From: Candidatus Versatilivorator sp.
GTDB taxonomy: Bacteria > Acidobacteriota > Terriglobia > Versatilivoradales > Versatilivoraceae
Direction of reading: 5' to 3'
Length of the DNA: 64,000 nucleotides
NCBI GenBank assembly: GCA_965207735.1
Contig: OZ242296.1
Coordinates: forward strand, 960,001-1,024,000
A program made the translations under genes and the position numbers. Below the pieces are notes generated by a model. It saw only the letters and a program-made list of their open reading frames with translations, searched no databases and was not told the DNA's origin. Of the stretch, positions 61,167 to 64,000 are shown one piece after another (position 1 is the first letter of the stretch; each line of letters starts with the position of its first letter).

Positions 61167-62456
61167 CTACTCCACCTTCGAAGGTCCCTGCCGCTCGAGC
61201 CTGGTGCCGAAGCCCCGGCCCTTGACGATAGCGTCACTTCCGAACTTTTCCCGCACGGCGTCCACCGCCTTCTCAACCTTGTTTTGGATCGACCCAATGC
61301 CGCCGAAGAGCTCGCCCTGGACAACCTGACCGGCCTCAACAAGGTCATGAACGCCGATGCCGATCAAGCGGAAGGCACGTCCGTCGGTTTCCCGAACCAG
61401 CAGGGGTCCGGCGGCCTGGAATAGCACCTCGGCTGACTGAGTAACACCCGTCAGGCGGCGGCTGCGGGTTAGGATGCGAAAGTCAGCCGTTTTGAGTTTC
61501 AGCGTGACGCCTTTGCCGGCGATGCCGGCCTTTTTCATGCGCCGTGCCACCGTCTCGGCAAGCTGCCACAGTATCGGGCGCAGTCTGGCCAGCTCGGCGA
61601 TATCTCTGTCGAGGGTGGTTTCCGATGACATGCTCTTGGCCTTGCTCTCGGGGTCGACCCGGCGGTCGTCTTGGCCCCGTGCGCACAACGACAACCGCCG
61701 CCCGATCTTGCCGTAGCGGGCAACAAGCTCGGCCTCGTCGATGCGGGCCAGCTCGCCAATCAGCGTGATGCCGTCCTCGCGGAGGCGCTGGCCCATGGCC
61801 TTCCCCACGCCCCACAACAGGCTGACGGGCATGTCGGAGAGAAAGGTCCTGGCCTCGGCTCGTCCGATAACGGCGAAGCCGCGCGGCTTGTCCCGATCCG
61901 AGGCGATCTTGGCGAGAAACTTGTTGTAGCTGAGCCCGATGGAGGCGGTGATGGAAAGCTCCTCCTCCACGCGGCGCGCCAGCGCGGCCAGAGTCGTCGC
62001 CGGGCTGCAACGGTGCAGAGCCTCGGTGCCGGCCAGGTCCATGAAAGCCTCGTCGATGGAGAGGGGTTCCACCAGAGGGGTCACATTCCGCATCATCGCC
62101 CGGACCTTGCGTCCCACCGCGGCATACTTTTTCATATCCGGCTTGATGACCGTGGCGCCGGGGCAGGCCTTCAAGGCCTCGAACATCGGCATGGCCGAGT
62201 GCACGCCCCGAGCGCGGGCGATGTAGCAGCACGCGGCCACGACGCCCCGGTGGTGCCCGCCGACGACCACCGGAAGGTCCCGCAACTCCGGCCGGTCGCG
62301 TTTCTCGATGGTGGCATAGAAAGCGTCGCAGTCGAGATGGGCAATGGCAAGACCATGAAGCTCCTTGTGCCGCACGATGCGTGCCGATCCGCAGACCGGG
62401 CAGGTTTCGGCCTCGGGAGACGGCTGGTTGCCACAGTCACGGCACAGGGTTTCCAC
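61167..62456 (-). CDS. dinB: DNA polymerase IV with N-terminal Zn-ribbon
   Basis: CRDC...CPVC; HLDCDAFYA, AACCYIAR, SIDEAF, NKFLAKIASD. Confidence 0.95.
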   Translation of the reverse strand: METLCRDCGNQPSPEAETCPVCGSARIVRHKELHGLAIAHLDCDAFYATIEKRDRPELRDLPVVVGGHHRGVVAACCYIARARGVHSAMPMFEALKACPGATVIKPDMKKYAAVGRKVRAMMRNVTPLVEPLSIDEAFMDLAGTEALHRCSPATTLAALARRVEEELSITASIGLSYNKFLAKIASDRDKPRGFAVIGRAEARTFLSDMPVSLLWGVGKAMGQRLREDGITLIGELARIDEAELVARYGKIGRRLSLCARGQDDRRVDPESKAKSMSSETTLDRDIAELARLRPILWQLAETVARRMKKAGIAGKGVTLKLKTADFRILTRSRRLTGVTQSAEVLFQAAGPLLVRETDGRAFRLIGIGVHDLVEAGQVVQGELFGGIGSIQNKVEKAVDAVREKFGSDAIVKGRGFGTRLERQGPSKVE

Positions 62457-62460
62457 TGCC

Positions 62461-62880
62461 CTACTCTCCGATGAACTGCAACAGGACTTTCCGCTGACGG
62501 GGTCGATTGTCGAAGTCGACCAGCACCACCTGCTGCCAGGTCCCGAGGTTCAACTCCCTGTCGGCGAAGGGAACCTGCAGCGACGGACCCAGCAGCGCCG
62601 CCCGGACGTGTGAAAAGCCGTTGCCGTCGCCCCAACGAGCGTTGTGCGCGTAGTGAGCCGCCTGCGGCAACAGCCGCTCGAACGCGTCCTGGAGGTCCTG
62701 GACGCAACCCGGCTCATATTCCAGGGTGGTCAAGCCCGCGGTGGAGCCGGGGACAAACAGAGTGATTACACCGGCCGAGAGCGATTGCCCGGCCAGGGCG
62801 GATTGGATTTCAGAGGTGATATCCACCACATCGCAGAAACCTCGCGTGGACAAGCGGATGGTTCGACTTTCAACCGGCAC
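62461..62880 (-). CDS. yjbQ: YjbQ/UPF0047 family protein
   Basis: GSTAGL, GNGFSHVRA, LGTWQQV, DFD. Confidence 0.9.
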   Translation of the reverse strand: MPVESRTIRLSTRGFCDVVDITSEIQSALAGQSLSAGVITLFVPGSTAGLTTLEYEPGCVQDLQDAFERLLPQAAHYAHNARWGDGNGFSHVRAALLGPSLQVPFADRELNLGTWQQVVLVDFDNRPRQRKVLLQFIGE

Positions 62881-62929
62881 GGGTGTTCCTCCTTGGATCT
62901 CCTTGCGCCAAATCCCGATTGCGAGCGGG

Positions 62930-63784
62930 TCAGCCCCTCACTGGATAGTATCGGCCCTCGCAAACAATTCTGGCGGGTCCGGTGAGTGACAGTTGGTTGT
63001 CCTCCTGCCAATGAACCTGCAGGATCCCTCCCAGGGTATGGACCTGAACCATCCGGTCGCAGGCCCCGTTCAGGCAAGCAGCCACGACAGCGGCACAGCC
63101 GCCTGTGCCCGAGGCCAGGGTCTTCCCCACTCCACGCTCCCAGAAGCGCACCGCCAGGTTGCCTCGGTCCAGGACCTGCACGAACTCCACGTTGGTGCGG
63201 CGCGGAAAGCAGGGATGGACTTCAATCCGTTGCCCCAGTCCTTCCCAATCGGTCTTCTCCAGATCTTCCACCATCAGTGAGCAGTGCGGGTTGCCCATCG
63301 ATGTGACCGTGACCCGACAAATGAGCTCCTCGACTGCCAGCGGATACCCCACGAGAGAGGCGCCGGGCGGATCCGGTCGAAAGTCGATGGACCCTTGATC
63401 CAGAATCGGCTCCCCAATCAACAGATTGAAACTGTAACCGGGCGGTTTGGAGCCCGTCAGCGTCAGCCGCTTGGCGCCCGCAAGGGTTTGGATGGTGAGC
63501 GCCCTGCCGGCTGCCTGCCCTTGCCGGATCAACAACGCCGCCAGGCAGCGCAGGCCGTTGCCGGAAATCTCGGCTTCACTCCCGTCCGCATTGAAGACCT
63601 GCATGGAAAAGTCCGGCTGTGGGGAGGCCTCCGTCCGCCGAAACAGGATCAGGCCGTCCGCTCCCAGATCGAAGGAGCGCCGGCAGACCTGCCGGGCGAC
63701 CCTGGAGGCATCCTTCCCGGCCAGTTGCCGGGCATCGACGATCACGAAGTCGTTGCCCAGGGCCTCTGCTTTGGCAAATCGCAT
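62930..63784 (-). CDS. dapF: Diaminopimelate epimerase (Ser at both catalytic Cys positions)
   Basis: LGNDF, GADG, NADGSEAEISGNG, SMGNPH, TNVEF, WERGVG, ASGTG, LTGPA. Confidence 0.88.
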   Translation of the reverse strand: MRFAKAEALGNDFVIVDARQLAGKDASRVARQVCRRSFDLGADGLILFRRTEASPQPDFSMQVFNADGSEAEISGNGLRCLAALLIRQGQAAGRALTIQTLAGAKRLTLTGSKPPGYSFNLLIGEPILDQGSIDFRPDPPGASLVGYPLAVEELICRVTVTSMGNPHCSLMVEDLEKTDWEGLGQRIEVHPCFPRRTNVEFVQVLDRGNLAVRFWERGVGKTLASGTGGCAAVVAACLNGACDRMVQVHTLGGILQVHWQEDNQLSLTGPARIVCEGRYYPVRG

Positions 63785-63796
63785 CGGTGTTGGAGA

Positions 63797-64000
63797 CTAA
63801 AGAGAATCCCCGGCTTCGAAGTGGGTGAGTTCCTTGAATTGAAGGTAGCGGCGCCGAATGTCGGAGCTCTTCAACTCTCTGAGCCGGTTCAGGCTGAAGG
63901 CTTCCACGTTGAAGGAGGCCAGCACCGAGCCATATATGACCGCCTGGCGAAGGGATTGGTCGTTGAGCTGCCCGCATCGGTCCAGGTAACCCACCAATCC
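63797..64000 (-). CDS. PfkB-family carbohydrate kinase, 3' end (runs off window end)
   Basis: GLVGYL...LRQAVIYGSVLASFNVEAFSL...IRRRY C-terminus resembles PfkB sugar kinases. Confidence 0.65.
   Translation of the reverse strand, partial: GLVGYLDRCGQLNDQSLRQAVIYGSVLASFNVEAFSLNRLRELKSSDIRRRYLQFKELTHFEAGDSL

Overview
GC-rich bacterial chromosome segment, probably Acidobacteriota (inferred from an acidobacterial-type VWA protein and the gene repertoire). About 1-35.5 kb and 59.9-64 kb are housekeeping or accessory backbone: pssA/psd, a LytS/LytTR pair, mdh/icd, sugar genes, a sulfatase-MMPL-LolA-like cluster, an argC-B-D-F-G-H-J operon, an MFS transporter, dinB, yjbQ and dapF. Between them lies a ~24 kb integrative defence island (35648-59647). 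It is bounded by a 15-bp imperfect direct repeat and is inserted not in a tRNA gene but inside a small inverted-repeat element derived from a GxxExxY-family gene. The island carries (i) an intact, translationally coupled two-gene operon, a PNP/MTA-SAH nucleosidase fusion plus an Hsp90-like GHKL ATPase, which is the best candidate for an undescribed defence system; (ii) a Gabija-like OLD nuclease/UvrD pair whose helicase is split by an IS1634; (iii) a type III R-M system whose mod gene is split by an IS5/IS1182-like element; and (iv) two P4-type tyrosine integrases, one on a nested element, plus repeated remnants of an unknown gene. No rRNA, tRNA or CRISPR array was seen. All calls come from reading motifs by eye; no database search was run.
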